The notes under the pieces are model-generated. The model worked only from the letters and a program-made list of their open reading frames with translations. It searched no databases and was not told where the DNA came from. From contig JBGAON010000005.1 in the NCBI GenBank assembly GCA_044221725.1, positions 143,598 through 207,597 on the forward strand: a stretch of 64,000 nt of DNA. The letters run 5' to 3'. Position 1 is the first letter of the stretch. Each line of letters starts with the position of its first letter. Both the position numbers and the translations under genes were made by a program. This document shows, piece after piece, positions 20,901-35,900 of this stretch. Origin of the DNA: Elusimicrobiota bacterium. Its GTDB lineage: Bacteria > Elusimicrobiota > Elusimicrobia > F11.

Positions 20901-23900
20901 GCCGCCATGATTCCTGACAACCGCTTAACACCCACCAACACCTACACGCTTCAGCCGGACGGAATGGGTGGGTTTTTCATGAACGTGCCGGCGGGCACAA
21001 AGAGCGTTGCTTTTACCGTGAACAGCTTGGCCAACGCCGATCAATTCGTTTTCACACAATCCCATAAAAATGGGAACGGCGACATCGTTGTGGATGCGTT
21101 GACGCCTTTTGCTTCGGACGACCAGCATCGTTACGTGTTGAACCTTTTACCGGGCGTGACCTCCGTCGGAATTGCGGCGTTTGCGGACAACCAGATTGTG
21201 AGCATTCCCGATTCCGAGTTTGCGATTGGTACGGTGTTTGAAAATATAGCGGCTGATGCGATGGCGAACAACGGCCGATTGCTCACATTGACGCAAGATC
21301 AAAAAGCGGCGTTCGTGGTGGTAGATCCGGCGAACACGGGACACGTTCAAATTTTCGCGCCCGATCAACCGAACGCGAACGAATTCTTCATTGTTCGTAA
21401 TCGCACGGACGAATTCGGCAACACGGTCGCTATTGACGCGCAGATCGTTCCTGATAATCAAACGTTCTATTCGGTGAATGTTGATGATCCTCGCACCACA
21501 TCGGTCAGTATTCGACCGTTATCCGTTTCTGATAAGGGTTTCTCCGCGGTGCCCTTTGCGAACGGACTTCTTAAAGCGGATTTAACCAGGCAGTCGGTCG
21601 CGAACGCACTTCCAATGACGGTCCGGCTGTTGCAGCCCGGGGACAAACAGGGAACGAGCTTCGTGATGACCGTGAATGCCGAGGTTCGGAACGTCAAGCT
21701 GCGCGTGAACGACTTGAACGGGGATCGGTTGTTCGTGACTTATTCCCAGGAAATTGCGTTCGAGGACGGAACAAAAGCAAATGTGCCAATGGTCGCCGCC
21801 ATCGAACCCGACAACGAAGGATCGTATTCGTTTAACAAGCCCGAGGGCGCAAGCGGATTTGGTTTCCAAGAATTGATTCGAAACGCGGACGGTAGTTTCG
21901 ATTTCACGACGATACCGTTGGACAGTATTGTTATCGCGCAAACGGCGAGGCGCGCGGACCCGAACGCGCGCGCAATGGAGCTTCGGATCTTAACCCCGGC
22001 ATTCTTTGCAAATGCCGAGGGCGTGAACGAGTTGCGCTCGAACATTCTTGGAATCGCCATTCCCGAAGGGGCACAAAGTTTCGATGTGAACGAGATCGGA
22101 CTGCGAATTCCTTTGAGCGACCACGTCAAATTTAATTTCACAAACGCCGAAGGGAAGATTATTTCCCAATTCGTATTGCCGCCTTTCGGTTCGTCCGCTT
22201 ATAACGCGCTCGTCTCGAGTGGAAAATTGCGTGTGACCGTGAACAACGGATACTTCACGTCAATCGTCCTCAATCTACAAACGGCTGGTGCCACGGCTTT
22301 TGCAATTGAAGTAACGCGGCCAAACGGAGCGCCCGAGCCTGTGGTGGGCACTGTTACCGTTCGCTTCTCTCCCACGGTGGGCCAACGCTCGATTGCGCCA
22401 ATAGCGGTTTCTCCTTCCACGAATCCCCAACCGGTGGTCAACATTTTCCCGCAGTTTCCGTCGAACCCCTCCGTGGGACTTATCGGTTTCGGCGGGTCGT
22501 CTCTCGATAACACAACGTCCTCTGTTTTCAGTTACAGCAACATGAGCGGGCGCTGGCAGTACGATATCGGTATCGGATGGTATTGGGTCGACTACACAAA
22601 GAGCGGTGCGCCCAGTATAACGCCTGCAAAGAATAGGCCTCAATTGGAAGATGTGCCGCTCAGCTACAGCATTGTTATTTCGTACCGGCTCGAGATTGGG
22701 AACGAGACGCCAAATGTTCAGGCGCTGTTGAGGAATGACGGTACCCTTATCGTTGAACGCGATATTAATATTGATCAGGCTCCGCTGGAGAGCGTGACGC
22801 TCAATGGCCTTGTCGACGACAATGGAAATCAAATTGAAAGCGTGAACGTCCGCTTCGTGGCGCGGGGGCGAGAGCGAGAACTCAAAAATCTTAAAGTCAC
22901 GAACGGGAAAATCAGAATTCGTACGCCGATTGATCTGCCGACCACGACGCGTTTTGAAATTCGGTCCGCCGAAGGCAAGCGTGTTGGAAAACCATCCCGC
23001 ATTGAAGTGAATCAAAATGATGAAGGCTTGCTGCCGGACCAAGCGCCGATTGTTGTCGATAAAATGCCGACGCCGTTAAAAACACAGTTGCCGTGGAAAG
23101 GTGTTCAGTTTGTATCGGCGCGTCACACGTCGCTGGGGGATGCTCCGGACGCGGCGGAACAAAATGCGGTGGCCGCAATCGAAGGTCCTTTTGTTGGACA
23201 AGCGTCGCAAACCAACGGAACGAGCCGTGCCAGTGAAACAACGTCCTCGCCGAGTTTTGTCGTGCGCGTGCTGTGGAATTATTTCGGTTGGTTGATTGGC
23301 CCCGTGTTGTTCGTGGCTTTTTTTATTCGAGAAACCGTCGAGAAGAAATTAAAAGCAATTCCACGCGCGGACAGCGCGCGCGAACCAATTGTGATCGACG
23401 GCCTGGTGCCACCACCGAACAATCTAATTCCCGCGGTTGCCGACATGCCGGCCGCGGTTCCCAATTCGACCGTCGCCGTCTCCGAAGGCCGCTCGCCTCC
23501 GGTGCGCCACCTCATTTTCGCCGCCGTTTTTTACGCCGCACTCTTTTTCGTCGTTCTTCCTTTTGTTTCTACCACGCTCGCTCATTGGGGCGACCTGTTG
23601 TCCGCTCTTCCGTCCACCAGCCCATGGATCTTCCCGGCTCGCGCGCTTCAATCGATAGTTGGTTTGTCGTCGTGGATGCTGTTCTTTACCGGCAATGTTG
23701 TCATGGTGCTCATGCTGCTCAATTTGCAAACGCGGTTTCACGTTGGGCGCAAGGCCTTGTTGGTTCAATCGCTGGTGTTGTCGGCCGCGGCGGCGGCCGG
23801 GCTTGTCAGCGTCAGCACGGGACTCTTTATTCTGGCAACAATTGGGTTTGTCGCGATCTCGCGCACGAGACTGGGAGCGGCGGTTGGTCAATGGATCGCA

Positions 23901-26900
23901 CATCCATTCAAAGAAGCGGACCCCAAAGAAAAGAAACAACTTTCGCTGCTCGGAAGATTTCAACAATCAATCACACATTTGCCGCTGGGTCTCATGAAGA
24001 CGATGTATTCGTTCGGCTTCGAACCGATCGATCGATTGGTTCTTTTGATGATGGGTCGCCCGGTCGCCGGCGAACGGAGCCGCTCGGAACGACTGTTCAA
24101 TCGCATGCCGCTTGTAGCGCAATTAATGGCGTTGCCGTTCTTCGCGGCGAATGCGCTTCTCGGCAAGCGCCTGAAACTTAAGCTCTACAGTTTCGCGACC
24201 CAGATCGTTCTCATCACTGTTTTCTCCGGACTCGCTGTTCTTATCGCGCCAATGTTCGGTTTGGACCCAACGCTCACGCTGTCGTGGATGATGAACTTCA
24301 ATATGCTGGATCCGACCGCCACCGGCTGGGCGCACAATGTGATTCAGGATGGTGGCGTCGTCGGTGCGCTGCTGCAAATTTTCACGGTCTTCGCGATTTT
24401 AAACTCCTATGTGCTGCAGGTGATTCTCACGTTCTTCTCATCGCGTCGCACGCAGCCGAATTTGGGAATTGGTCGCCGGTTTTCATTGTCGTTGCGCTCC
24501 GGGTTTTCGGCGTTCAAATTCCTCGAGGGTCTCCATTGGGTGAGTTTCGAAATCGAAATCCTCAAATACATGAGCGGCTTTGTTTCTCCGCTGCACGATT
24601 TGGTTTTGACGATTGAAGGGCACTCGGGTGTGCTCGGCGCCGGAGATGAAGCGGTGCAACGCGCGGTGGCACCGTTCGGCGTGAGCCCAGACAACCTCAC
24701 GCGATTTATTCCGTGGACCACGGGCTTGAGCCACAGCGAACTTATGCAACTTGCTCCCATTCAACGCACCATCCGTGATCAAGCAAAAGAATTATCGGCG
24801 GTCGTAAAGGCGAGGGACTTAAGTGAGGTCGCAAATCGCCAAGTGTGGCTAAAAGCGCTGCGATCGGAACGCGACACCGTGCTCAAGTCGATCAAGGCGC
24901 TCGAAGATCAGGCCGCGGTTTCACCGGCGGAGCGCGCGATGGTAGCGGAAAGAATGAGCGCGGAGAATAAATGGATTCAAGAAATCGACGCGCTCGCCGC
25001 TGCTGTAACGATCGATACGATTACGCTGGAGCAGAAGCAGATTGTTGTGGCCAAGCTTGGTGAGCGTCTGCAGAGTTCTGAAGCGCAACTCGCAAAGATT
25101 AAAGACGTCGCAACCAAAGCCACTGCCAAACATCGGTCGCACGTTGAGCTGGCGGCGCCGGCCGACACGAACAAAGAGGTCACGGTTCCTGCGGACACAA
25201 AGAACGGCGCGGGGGGCGGTGGGGACAAAAACAAAACTTTGAATAACGACGATACGGCGTCGCTTCCGAAGAATTCGGCCAACGTGCTTGCGTCCATTCA
25301 AAAGAACGTGGACGAATCCGTAAAACGCGGCGAGCGAGCAGTGGCCGCGGCCCAGCGTGAAACGGCCGCCAAAGATCGTGCCGTTGCGCAGAAAGAATTG
25401 GACGCGCTCGCGCCGGCGTTGACGGCGCTCGCGGGTCGCTACGAAAAGGTCACGAAAGAATTGCAGGCGCTTCGGGACCGGTTGAAAGCCGCGACATCCG
25501 AGAAAGTGGTTGGTGTTGATTTGCGCGCGGCAAACGAACGGTTCGATGCGGAATCGAAACGCACAAAAGACTTGGTGGCGCGGTACGACAACGACCAACG
25601 GCCGGATGTTCGACATTTCCTGAACATCGTTGAACGAAATGGAATCGTTTTGCGACCCGACAACACGTACGTGGCGCTCACGCGTGCGGATGTTCCGAAA
25701 CTGAAATTCGACGCCGCTGGAAAACTGACGCTCGCGGGCTCGAATGGCACCGTGTGGTTGGGCCAGCAAACAATTGAGCGCTTGCGCTTGCACGCCGTGG
25801 CCTCCGCTTTGGGTGCCGATGTGGAAGCGACGCTGCTGCAACTTGGAAGAAATCCCGTGGTCGACGCGCAGTTCGAGTTCGGCCGCGCCGTGTCGGTCGC
25901 ATCGGGTCGTGAATATAGCGTGCCGCAAAACCGCATTGGTGGTCTTGCGGTATCCAGCGATGGAAGCCTGGTGGCCGAGAGCGTTGAAGGCACGCTTCGA
26001 GTTCAATTGTCCGAGAAAGGTCTCGACGTGTTCGAGCCGATGTGGCTCGGCAAGAAAATCGAAGTTCTTGAGAAACAAGCAGAATCTTTGAAGCAGAAAA
26101 GAGTTCAAGATATCAGCGCTGCGCTTGAACAAAAAAATGAGGAATTGGCCTCGGTGGAAACGGATCGGAATGTTTTACGCGATCAGGTCGCAGCGCTCAT
26201 GGCCAGAATTAATGGCGAAACCGTTCCGCCAAACGTCGTTAATAACGATGTGGTGCTCGTTAATCACCGTGATAACGTTCAATCTTTTGCGGACCTCAAA
26301 GAAAAGGTTCTCGCCGAGTCCGAGAAGCTCAAACAGAAGAACCGCAATGACAAGGGCTTCACGCTCGAAGATCCAACCGATCCGCAATCGCTCTCTCGCG
26401 TTGTGCAATACACGAACACGCAAGAGATTCGCAACGAGCTGAAAGCCGGCAACATTGGCCGCGCGCGTGACCTGTTAAAGAAATCGCTGAAAGGCCCGTC
26501 GAGCCACGGCGGACTTGCCACCACCATTGATGTGCGCTCTTTTGATCTTCGTGCCAACGAGCAGAGCGAAGACTTTGGCCCGATGTTGCTCATGGTGCAA
26601 GCCGGTCTTGAGGTTCTCGTGACCGACGCTCAGAAAGGAAATTTCGACAAGGAGCTTTTCTTCCAATTGAAGGATCTGTTGGATTACGCCCTCTTTTATC
26701 AGTTGCCAACCGGGGAGATTCCGCACGGCGTCACCTGGCGTCTGCTCACGCCCGAACTTCAAATTGATGCGAAAGCGTTCCGCATGATGCATCTGCTTAC
26801 CGGTGAAGAAAAATATTTGAAGGCCGCCGACGCCTCCGAGCAGGCGCTCATGAAAATGTACGACCCCCAATCGAAGAAATTCCTTGCGCGCCGCGAAGAC

Positions 26901-29900
26901 GGAAGACTCGACGAACCGGCGGACGTGCCCGGCTGGGCCATGTCGCAGCTTGGTCCTGAGAAATTGAAAGAGCGCGGAGTCGATGTCGAAGCGCTCGTTC
27001 AACGCCTGCGCGAAATGCCCAAAGATCGGTTCATCGTTGAATGGCAAGTGAACCGCGCGTTTGGCCTCAAGCGCGGCATTGAATATTTGCGCAGCATCGG
27101 CAACAACGCCGCGGCCGACGCTGCTCAGAAAGATTTGGAAAAAATGACGAATTTCTTGTTGTCGCTGGGGATGGCGTACGCGTACGAGCGTGACCTGAAC
27201 AATCCTGACAAATGGGTTCCGGCGCTCGGCAAGAGCATGGATTGGGGGGTCACGACACAGAGCGGCACCGAGAGCAACACAACGCGTGTTGCGCTCGAAG
27301 CGCTTGCGCGCGGTACCGATCCGATGCGTACGTTGCCGGACGAAGCTTATGTAAAGGCGCGCGCGTCCGTTCCGAAAGACAATCCGGCGCGAAAACCTTA
27401 TTTCGGTCGCGGCACCGGTCCCACCTGGCGTACGAAAGAAGCGAGCCGCGATTTGTGGTTCGCCGATGCGCGCGCGAACGCGGCCAAGCAATTGTTGAAG
27501 CCCGACAACAATGTGTTGGCATTTATTCTGCCCGAAAAAATCGGCGATCCGGTTGAGAAAATTGAATATGCGGGCGCCGCCTCACAGGACAAGTTGCCGC
27601 CGATCGCGTTCAAAACCATTTGGTTGAGCGCTGCTCCGTCGTGGGCAAAATTCGATGCGGACGGTTGGGCTCTGGCGCCGGAAAATCTGTACCAAGCGGG
27701 CTACCGCGCAATTCAGCGGGATGAAAACGGTCGGCTTTATTTGTGGCGCCTTGGCGTCGACGTCGGAGAGGAAGCGCAACTCGAGAGAAACGAGGGAATT
27801 ATTGAGATGCGCGAATGGGTTCGCGGAAAGACGCGGCCGGGCCGTCAAATTTTTGTTGATCCGGAATCCGGGCGAACGAACTTTAATTGGTTCGCAAAAC
27901 GCGACACCGGCTATCTGTATCTGCTCATGCAAATCACGGGCGGCATCATCGTTAATGAATCACAGGCACGCGGGAACAATATCACGACGAGCATTGGAGC
28001 GTTCATTCTGCGGGAGCAGTTGATCGCCGATCTCGAAACGCGACGCACCGTGGAAGCGGTTGCCAAAAAGGTGACCGATCCTATTTTGCGCGCGACGCTG
28101 CTCGATACGCTCGCTCGCGGGGCGCGCACCGAAGACGATCCGGCGCTGCGTGCATTATCGCTCCGAATGGCGCAGGTATCGCACGACGAAGAATTTGTTC
28201 GCTTGCGGCGCTTGTTGCGCGCCGACCCGAAACTTCGTGCGGGTTCCGCGGAGCTCGAACGCTACAACGACGTTCGCGCTCAGGTGATGGACCGGCTCAC
28301 CGAAGTTTATGCCACGTATCGCAACGCGCGCCGCGCTATTTTCGCGTTGAACGATGTTGAAGCGCGGCTCGGCGATCGTCGGAATGCCGCGGATCTAAAA
28401 GTCATCAGCGATGCAAAGAATCAATTGTGGATTTCGGCGAACGGCAAGAGAGAAATTTTTGTGTTCGGAAAAGAAAACGTGATGGCCGCCGAACGGCTTC
28501 TGCCAATGCTCGCGGAGCCAGCGAAAGCGGAGTTGCAGCGCAAGATCGATTTCGCGAAGCAGCATGGGCTCGACCTCGAAACCCCGGTTTTGAAAATTGG
28601 CCCGCGCACGTTTGGGTTGCCGAGACAAACGGCGTTTGATCGCATTTATTTTGACCGTATTGATGCGAACGCTATTTCAATTTGGCTGAACGCTATGGCC
28701 GAGTTGGATCCGGCGAAGCAAGAGCAGCTCCGCCAAGAATACGAATGGGCACGTCGAACAATGACCGCGCGTTGGGACAAAGCCGGCTTCGTGATGATTC
28801 CGGGAGCGATTGCGACCGAAGAACGCGCCGCGCTCGCGCAAATGGCCGATGATGGCGTCGTGCGCGCCACGGAGAAACAGCCCCGTATTGTCGGAAGCGA
28901 GCCGATTTATCCGATGTCTCTCGAAGGCAAAGTGGAAGCCGTTGAAGAAATCCTTCCGCAAGACCGACGAATTGAAGGGAACACATGGGTTCGCATCACG
29001 CGCGCGAAGTTGCCGCCGGTGCTCGGTGTGCGCAGCCCGCGCGGAGAAATCATCGCGGTCATTCGGTCCAACGAGTTCGGAAAACTCAAGGTAAACGGTC
29101 GTCCACTCGAAGAGTTGAGATTTCCGCTGAACGAAATTACCAGCGTCTCCGGCGACGGCCTCTATTTAACGATGAACGAATTCGATCCGGTGCGCGGCCG
29201 CTTCGCTGGATATTCTACGTATCACTTTGGCGCCAACGAATCGAACTTTGCGGCGAAAGGCTTCATGACCACGGTGGGCCGGGCGTTGGTGGCAAGAAAT
29301 CCGCTGACCCGCGTCGAATTGACCGCCAATCCGAACATCGCGAGCGAAATCACGGCCCGTGTTCGTTCGAACAACGGTGACAGCTGGGTCGATACCTACA
29401 GTTATCCAACGTTCCAGGATCCGGAATCGAGAATCAAAGAACGCGTTTATCCGACGGGCCGTGTCGAGAAATACAGCGACTATCGGTTCAATGCCGTAAC
29501 GGGCCAATGGGTCGCGGGTCGCACCGAGATCTATCAAGCGGGCGCCTTGAAATCCGTGAAGCTTGTGACCGGCATCGACGAACGAGGTCGTGTTTCCATT
29601 GAAGAACAAACGGTGCTCATGCGGCCCAAAGCCGGCAACGCGAAAGAATACGAACCGCGATTTGTTCCGACGCGCCGCGACCTCATGGACGGCCCGCATT
29701 TGGTAATGCGCGATGATCTCTCGAAAAACGAGCGCACCATTTACAATCTCGAACGCGAAAAAGAATACGAGCGTGCCGGATTCCGAGTGGAAGTGCCCGC
29801 GGAAGCCTTCGAACTGAGAAACGGCGCCGTCGGGAACAAAGTCGCTGACTTCACGGTGAGCGTGGAAGAATCAAACGCCGTGCTCGCGTCGGTCACGATC

Positions 29901-32900
29901 ACGCGCACCACCGTGAACGGGAAAGAACAAGAGGTCGATGTGTATGTTCGGTCGCCGGCGAATTATTCCGACGGCAATGGTCAGCCCATGGCGACGCGCC
30001 TCAAACACAAATACGTCATCGCTCGAGCGGATCGCTCCGCCAGCGGCTTGGGCCCAATTCTTTCGCGCACGCACGAAGAAGTGTTCTACGAAGACGAAGC
30101 GGCGCGCATTCCGGATTTCTTGCTTAAAGCCGTCAGCGAAATGAAGCGAAAAAACACGGGTCGTGCGTCGGAAGTGGGGCGCGTGGTGCGGCTTTTGCAG
30201 GCCGACGGTCGCAATATTATCGATGCGGACGGTGTCGCGCCGGTGGTGCGTCATTCGGTCAATCTTGGTTTCGACTATTCGATGTTCAATGACAAAAACG
30301 TTCATGCGCGTTTGTCCGGCAGTGTTGCGAGCGTTCGTGTCGATCATGCGAAAGACACCAGCGGACGTTGGTACACGAGGAAGCCGATGATTGAGTTTTA
30401 TCAAGGCGAGATGAACGTGGCCCGGTTGGACCGCGAAAAGGGAGTGGCTTCGTTCAAACGGTCCGAAGGTGAAATCAACGATCCACAAAAATTTCCAGAC
30501 CGTGAAAGAGCCGGTTGGGACGATTTTGAATTTAAAGCAGCGGACAAAAATTCCGCCGGCGATATCGGTGATCTCAAGTATTACAGTATCGATGCACAGA
30601 TTTTCGATCTGCTAGCAAACCCGAATTCTATTCCGGCCGCGAAGCGTGCGTTTCAGTCTTATCAGTTGAACCGGCTGACACAAAATTTCCAGTGGAACGA
30701 AACGGTGATCATGGACGAATGGGGGCATGCGCTCGCGTACATTCGTCCGGATCCGCTGTACTTCGATATCAACCGTCGTGTGATCGCGATCAATGGATAC
30801 GACGGCAAACAAGAAAACGTCGAGACCGGGAACGTGCGCGAGACAATCGTGCGAGCCTACGATCAGATTTCGAAATCCATTGGTTTGGAAGACCTTGGAA
30901 AAGCGACCGCGCAATTACCGAATGGCATTATTAATTTCAACAATCCAAACGTGGCGGGCTTGAACGAAAAAGGCGTGTCGCTTTTTGAAATTGTGGACTA
31001 CCGAAGCGCCAAGAGGTTTTTCGCGTTCTTTGACACGTTGCACGAAAATTCGTCGATCGCGCGCATTGAAGGCGATGGTGCGCGAAATTTGCGGCGCATT
31101 ATTCTTCCGCGATACAAAATCGATGTGCCGGCAAACGAGCGGGATAAATTCAACATCCTCGGCGATCTCGAGGCCACGGGCGAGCGTACGTTCGAAATGG
31201 ATAACGGAACCGTTGGCAACCAAACGTATCGTTCGCGTGTGGTGCTCGACAGAAACTTAATTCCGCGGTTGATTGCACAAATGGAAAACGAGGGACTGAA
31301 CCTCGTAGCGAAAGCGATTCAGGGACCGCAAGTCCTCGCGTACGAAGTGGAGTCGCTACAAAAACCAAATCCGCAGGACCCGAACGCCGAACAGAAGGTG
31401 ATGTCGAAATTTACGGCCATCTTCAATAAATTCCAACAGCACGTGAAGATCGACCAGCGGCCGAACGAGCAGCGCCTCATGCGCACAAACATCAATTTTG
31501 CGTTTTTCGATCCGGAGCGTCCGTGGGTGGACTTGGGCGGGATCAGTTACGACTATCGGGGCGACAAAATCGGAGAGGCGGTCGGCTTGTCCGTGACGCT
31601 AAAACCCGGTGATTCGCGTTACGATATTCCGGGCACAAAACGCGTCATGGTGCGCACACTGGGGCTCAAGTCCGGATTCATCGAACATCGTTCGAACGAC
31701 GACGGTGTGGTGGAAGCACAAGATACGGGGGAATTCGTTTTTCCGCGCGAAGGAACCAATAATTATGACGAGCTATACGCACGCGTGTTTGAAGAGCGCT
31801 CCCGCATCACGCTCGAATCGTTGAAAACAGGAAAATGGGAAGAAGCGCAACGCGCCGCCGAAAACGATTACCGGTATTACGCGCGCCTCGCTTTTGACTT
31901 CAAACCGTACAGGAATTTCACGGCCTCGCATTTGCGTCAGCTTGGTGCCGCCTATCAAACGAAGGCGTTTCTTTATTCGAACAACGTGCTGTCACCGTTC
32001 GCGAGCAGCACTTCAACGATGATCAATATTATGACCGACGATGCGCTCGGTTTTCTTGTGGAATCGTTCCGGATGGGAACCGGTATCTATCGAGGCGAAG
32101 AACTTATCACGACGCGCAAAGAAACCATTGTGAACGGCGACAAAGTTATGGTGTCGCATGGTCGGTGGAAAACCGGCGCCGTTAAACCCGAAGGGGTTTC
32201 GTTGGAGAAGTGGGTCGCTGACAACTTCGTGGAGCGGTTGCGGTTCTTCTCGTTCATTGATCCGACGTATCCGGGTTCGTTGGCGCACCACGGAATCGCG
32301 AACATAACCGCGGTGTTCCGCGCAAGCGAGAAAGGTCTTGTGATGTCCTCGCGCGCAAACTCCACGAGACTTCTTCCGAACGGCGACGTGTTCTTCGGAA
32401 CGTTGCGCGGCGTTAGCGATGTTGCACTCCCGGCGGATCTCACGCCATTCCAATTGTTGGAATACGCGCGGAAAAATGTGCCGACGCTGCCGATAACACC
32501 AATTGCAATCGAAGGTGAAAGAAAAGACGCTCTTGGGCGCTTGAAGGCGAAATTCAGCGGATACCAAGAAGCCAATGAAAAAGGTTACCCGAGCGATCTC
32601 ACCGCTCCACAACGCGTGGTGTTCTTGGAATATCCGGTGGACATCAAAGATTTCGGTTCGGTGTTTGCGTGGCACGAACTTTTGTCCGACCGCGGAATCG
32701 AGTACGAATTCAGCCGGGGTAAATTCAATCGCGAAGCTTATGGCGACAGTCGTCGCCTGGATACATTTAGCAATCTTCGCATTGTGAACACGCGCGTCGA
32801 CGGCGTCGTCCATCGTGTGTTGAATTACACGGTGGACAGTCGACGGTCCGGCGGCGCGATCCTTGAAAAAGAAGTGAACCTCGATGGTTTGCCCGAGGAC

Positions 32901-35900
32901 GACATTTACGCGGGCGAATTTGGCATCGATTCGCGCAACCTCATTTATTACGGTCTCGATCAATTGCCGGCGCGCAGCATCGGAAAAACGGGAGAACGCG
33001 AAAGCTTGCGTCATTTGTTCCAGTACGCGACGCTCGAAAAAAATGGGCACAAATACCTAATTACCCGAACGTTGGACCTCACGCGCAATCCCGCATTGGA
33101 GCGGATTTATCCGGACGACATGGAAGTTCGGCGCGACGGTATCGTGATCTACAAACGCGTGAATGGACAGATCTCACCGTACGAAGACAATCTCGTTCTC
33201 GACCCGCGCAACGAATTCAATCGCAGCCTGGTTGCAAAATTGTTTGGCCAATGGTTGCGCCCGTCGTGGGCAAAGGAAGCGGAGCGTTTGATCGCGGAAG
33301 CCGACGCGAACGGTTTGTTCGAGTTCACCGAAGGCTCGCGCCAATATATTCGGGAGTCCGGAAAGAATTTCGGTCAACTTAAAGGCGCCGCGCAGCTCGC
33401 TTATTACGAAAAAGGCATTCACTTGAACGCCATTTTTGCATTGGCCATTTCCAGCATGCTCGCGTTTGGTGTGTTCATGTGGAAATATTTCTTGCCGTGG
33501 CGTGCGTTTCGGCGCGCGCCGTTCCGAGCGAACGGAATGTCCAAGGCCGAAGTGGGACAATTTTTGTCGCCGACCGACACGGCGGCGTACATTTCGTTCC
33601 GTAACCGCGTCGGATTTATAAATGAGACCGACAAAGAAGCACTGCGCCGCGTGATGAAGCACAGTCGCGATAAAGCCACGTTCGAAAAATTCTGGAACCG
33701 GTTGTCGTTCCACGAAGGTGGGAACGTCACACCGACTTACAAAGCCGCGTTGCGCGTGACGACCGCCGCACTCGAGGCGACCAATTTCCGGACGGAAGGA
33801 ACCGAATTGGGCCAAGCGAGCGACGTGTTAGGGCCGATCATGGCGCCGATTCACAGTTTTGTTGATAACAGATTCCTCTCCGCCCGGCAGATTGCAACGA
33901 TCATTAACGATGTTGCCGATCGTGCAACCAATGGCGGAGTTAATCGCGTCCAACTGCGCGAGCGCATTTTGCAACAACTGATCAAGAACGCGTATTTCAA
34001 TGATTTCGGAATGAAAGAAAGCGTGAAAGAAGTTTTCCGTGTTGAAATTCGAAAACTGTTTGAAGCCTCGGGTTTTCGGCTCGGTGAGTTCGACACGGAA
34101 TATTACGTGGAACATGCGATCGCCGAATTGGGTGCGGTTCCGATGGATTACGTGGCCGCTGCTTATGTGGCCGACGATTCTCCAAACAAAGAATTGGTTA
34201 CCGCAAAGAACACGTCCAAGTTCATCAAAAATATTTTTATCGCGGAAAACCGGCGCTTGTGGCGTCCGGAAGATGAGAATGAATCGACGCGAAATCATGG
34301 TCAGTCGGTATTGGGCTGGGGGGCAACGACGCTCGAAGAATATGTGCTCTTAAACACGATTGTGCCGCGGTTCATTCCGGTCATGAACACAAACACGCCG
34401 GCGGCTCACTACTACGCGAATCAAATTTTGCAAAAGATTCGCAGCGGAGCTTCGCACGAGAATATTCAACAGTTCATGAAACGCCACGAGCGGTTCTGGT
34501 ACCAGGTTCATAAAGACCAAATGACCGTTCGCCTTGAAACGAATCGCGACATGCGTATTCCCGGGTTGTCCTATGAAAACGACACCGAAAAGACCTGGAC
34601 ATTCTTGGCAACGTGGGACGAATTCAATGAATTCTTCCGTTACCTGCAGTGGGGTTCGGACATGACGCTTGATGGTCGGTTGCCTGAGAATCTGCGGAAC
34701 GATGCGGCGTTCATCCGTCGTTTCCGCGAGAACCAGACGCGCGCAGGGGAATTGCTTCGAAAGGTGAGTGACGGTGAATTTGATTTCGGACGTCCCCAGG
34801 CGAATTTGCGTTCGGACGTAATTCAGCGCGCGGTCAACGACGGCATGCGCCCGCTCGTGCGCGATACACAAAACGCACTGAACATTCCGCGTTACGATTC
34901 AGAGGGCAACGAGAATGACACGATCGCCTATGTTTATAAACTAATCACGGATCCGCGCGTGTGGCGCGCACCGACGATGGCGCGACTTGTGAAAACCGTT
35001 TTCACGGCCGGCTTGGCCGCGTTCATGATTCAGGTCGGTGTCGAGCTTCCGTATGTCGGCGGCGTGGTGGCGCTCGCGTTCGCGTTAAGCCAGGTTCATT
35101 ACACGCGGTTCGTTACATCATCGAATGTTGGCGTGATTCGCCAGGTTTTATCGTGGGGGGCACTGGCGGTTGTAGCGTTCCTCCTATTATTAGGCCCCGG
35201 TTTGGCCTTTGTCGGTTACGATTTCGCAACCACGTTCCCCATCATGGGAATTGATACTTCGGTTAAAGATGTGATGTTGACGGTTGGTACCGCGGCCATC
35301 GTTCCGTTCCTCATGGGTATCTATATGAACAAGACCGTGTACCCGGGTCGCCAAGGCAAAGACACTCTTCGCAACATGCGCGCTGCGTTCTTCTGGTCAA
35401 TGGTCACCGTAATTTCTCTAGCGTTTGCGTTCTTTGTGTGCGCGTTTTTGGTTGTCACCATTGTGTTTATGCCGGTTCCGTTTGAAGTGAGCGGCCTCGG
35501 TGTGCTCGCGCCGTGGACGCGCGTCGGATTTTTGATGCTTGGCATGGGCCCTCTGCGCGATATGTTTTTCCTTACGTATTTCGGTGTCGCGAATTTGCTG
35601 AAAGGTATCGTGCGCATTTATGTGCTTCGCGAATACGAATTTGCGAAAGCGCGCACGTACGACACGAACGCGCATGGGTGGCAAAAAATCTATCGCGTGC
35701 TTCCTCCCGCGCGCGCGGTGTTCCTAGCTTCGGCTGTGGCGCTTGCCGTTACAACGGTTGTGCTGGCGGTCGGCGGAACGTTGGCGCCGCTTTACGTGGC
35801 GTTGGGGCTCGTCGTAGCCGCGGTGGTTTTCATGTCGTCCATCGGAATGCAGGACCACAGCAAAGGCGCCGTGCAACTGGTGCCCCAAATGGTCGCCAAC

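Noticed and set aside
28900-33400. Possible RHS/YD-repeat toxin core in protein 2
   Set aside because: Beta-rich, but no regular YD repeats and no PxxxxDPxG core end; left unassigned.
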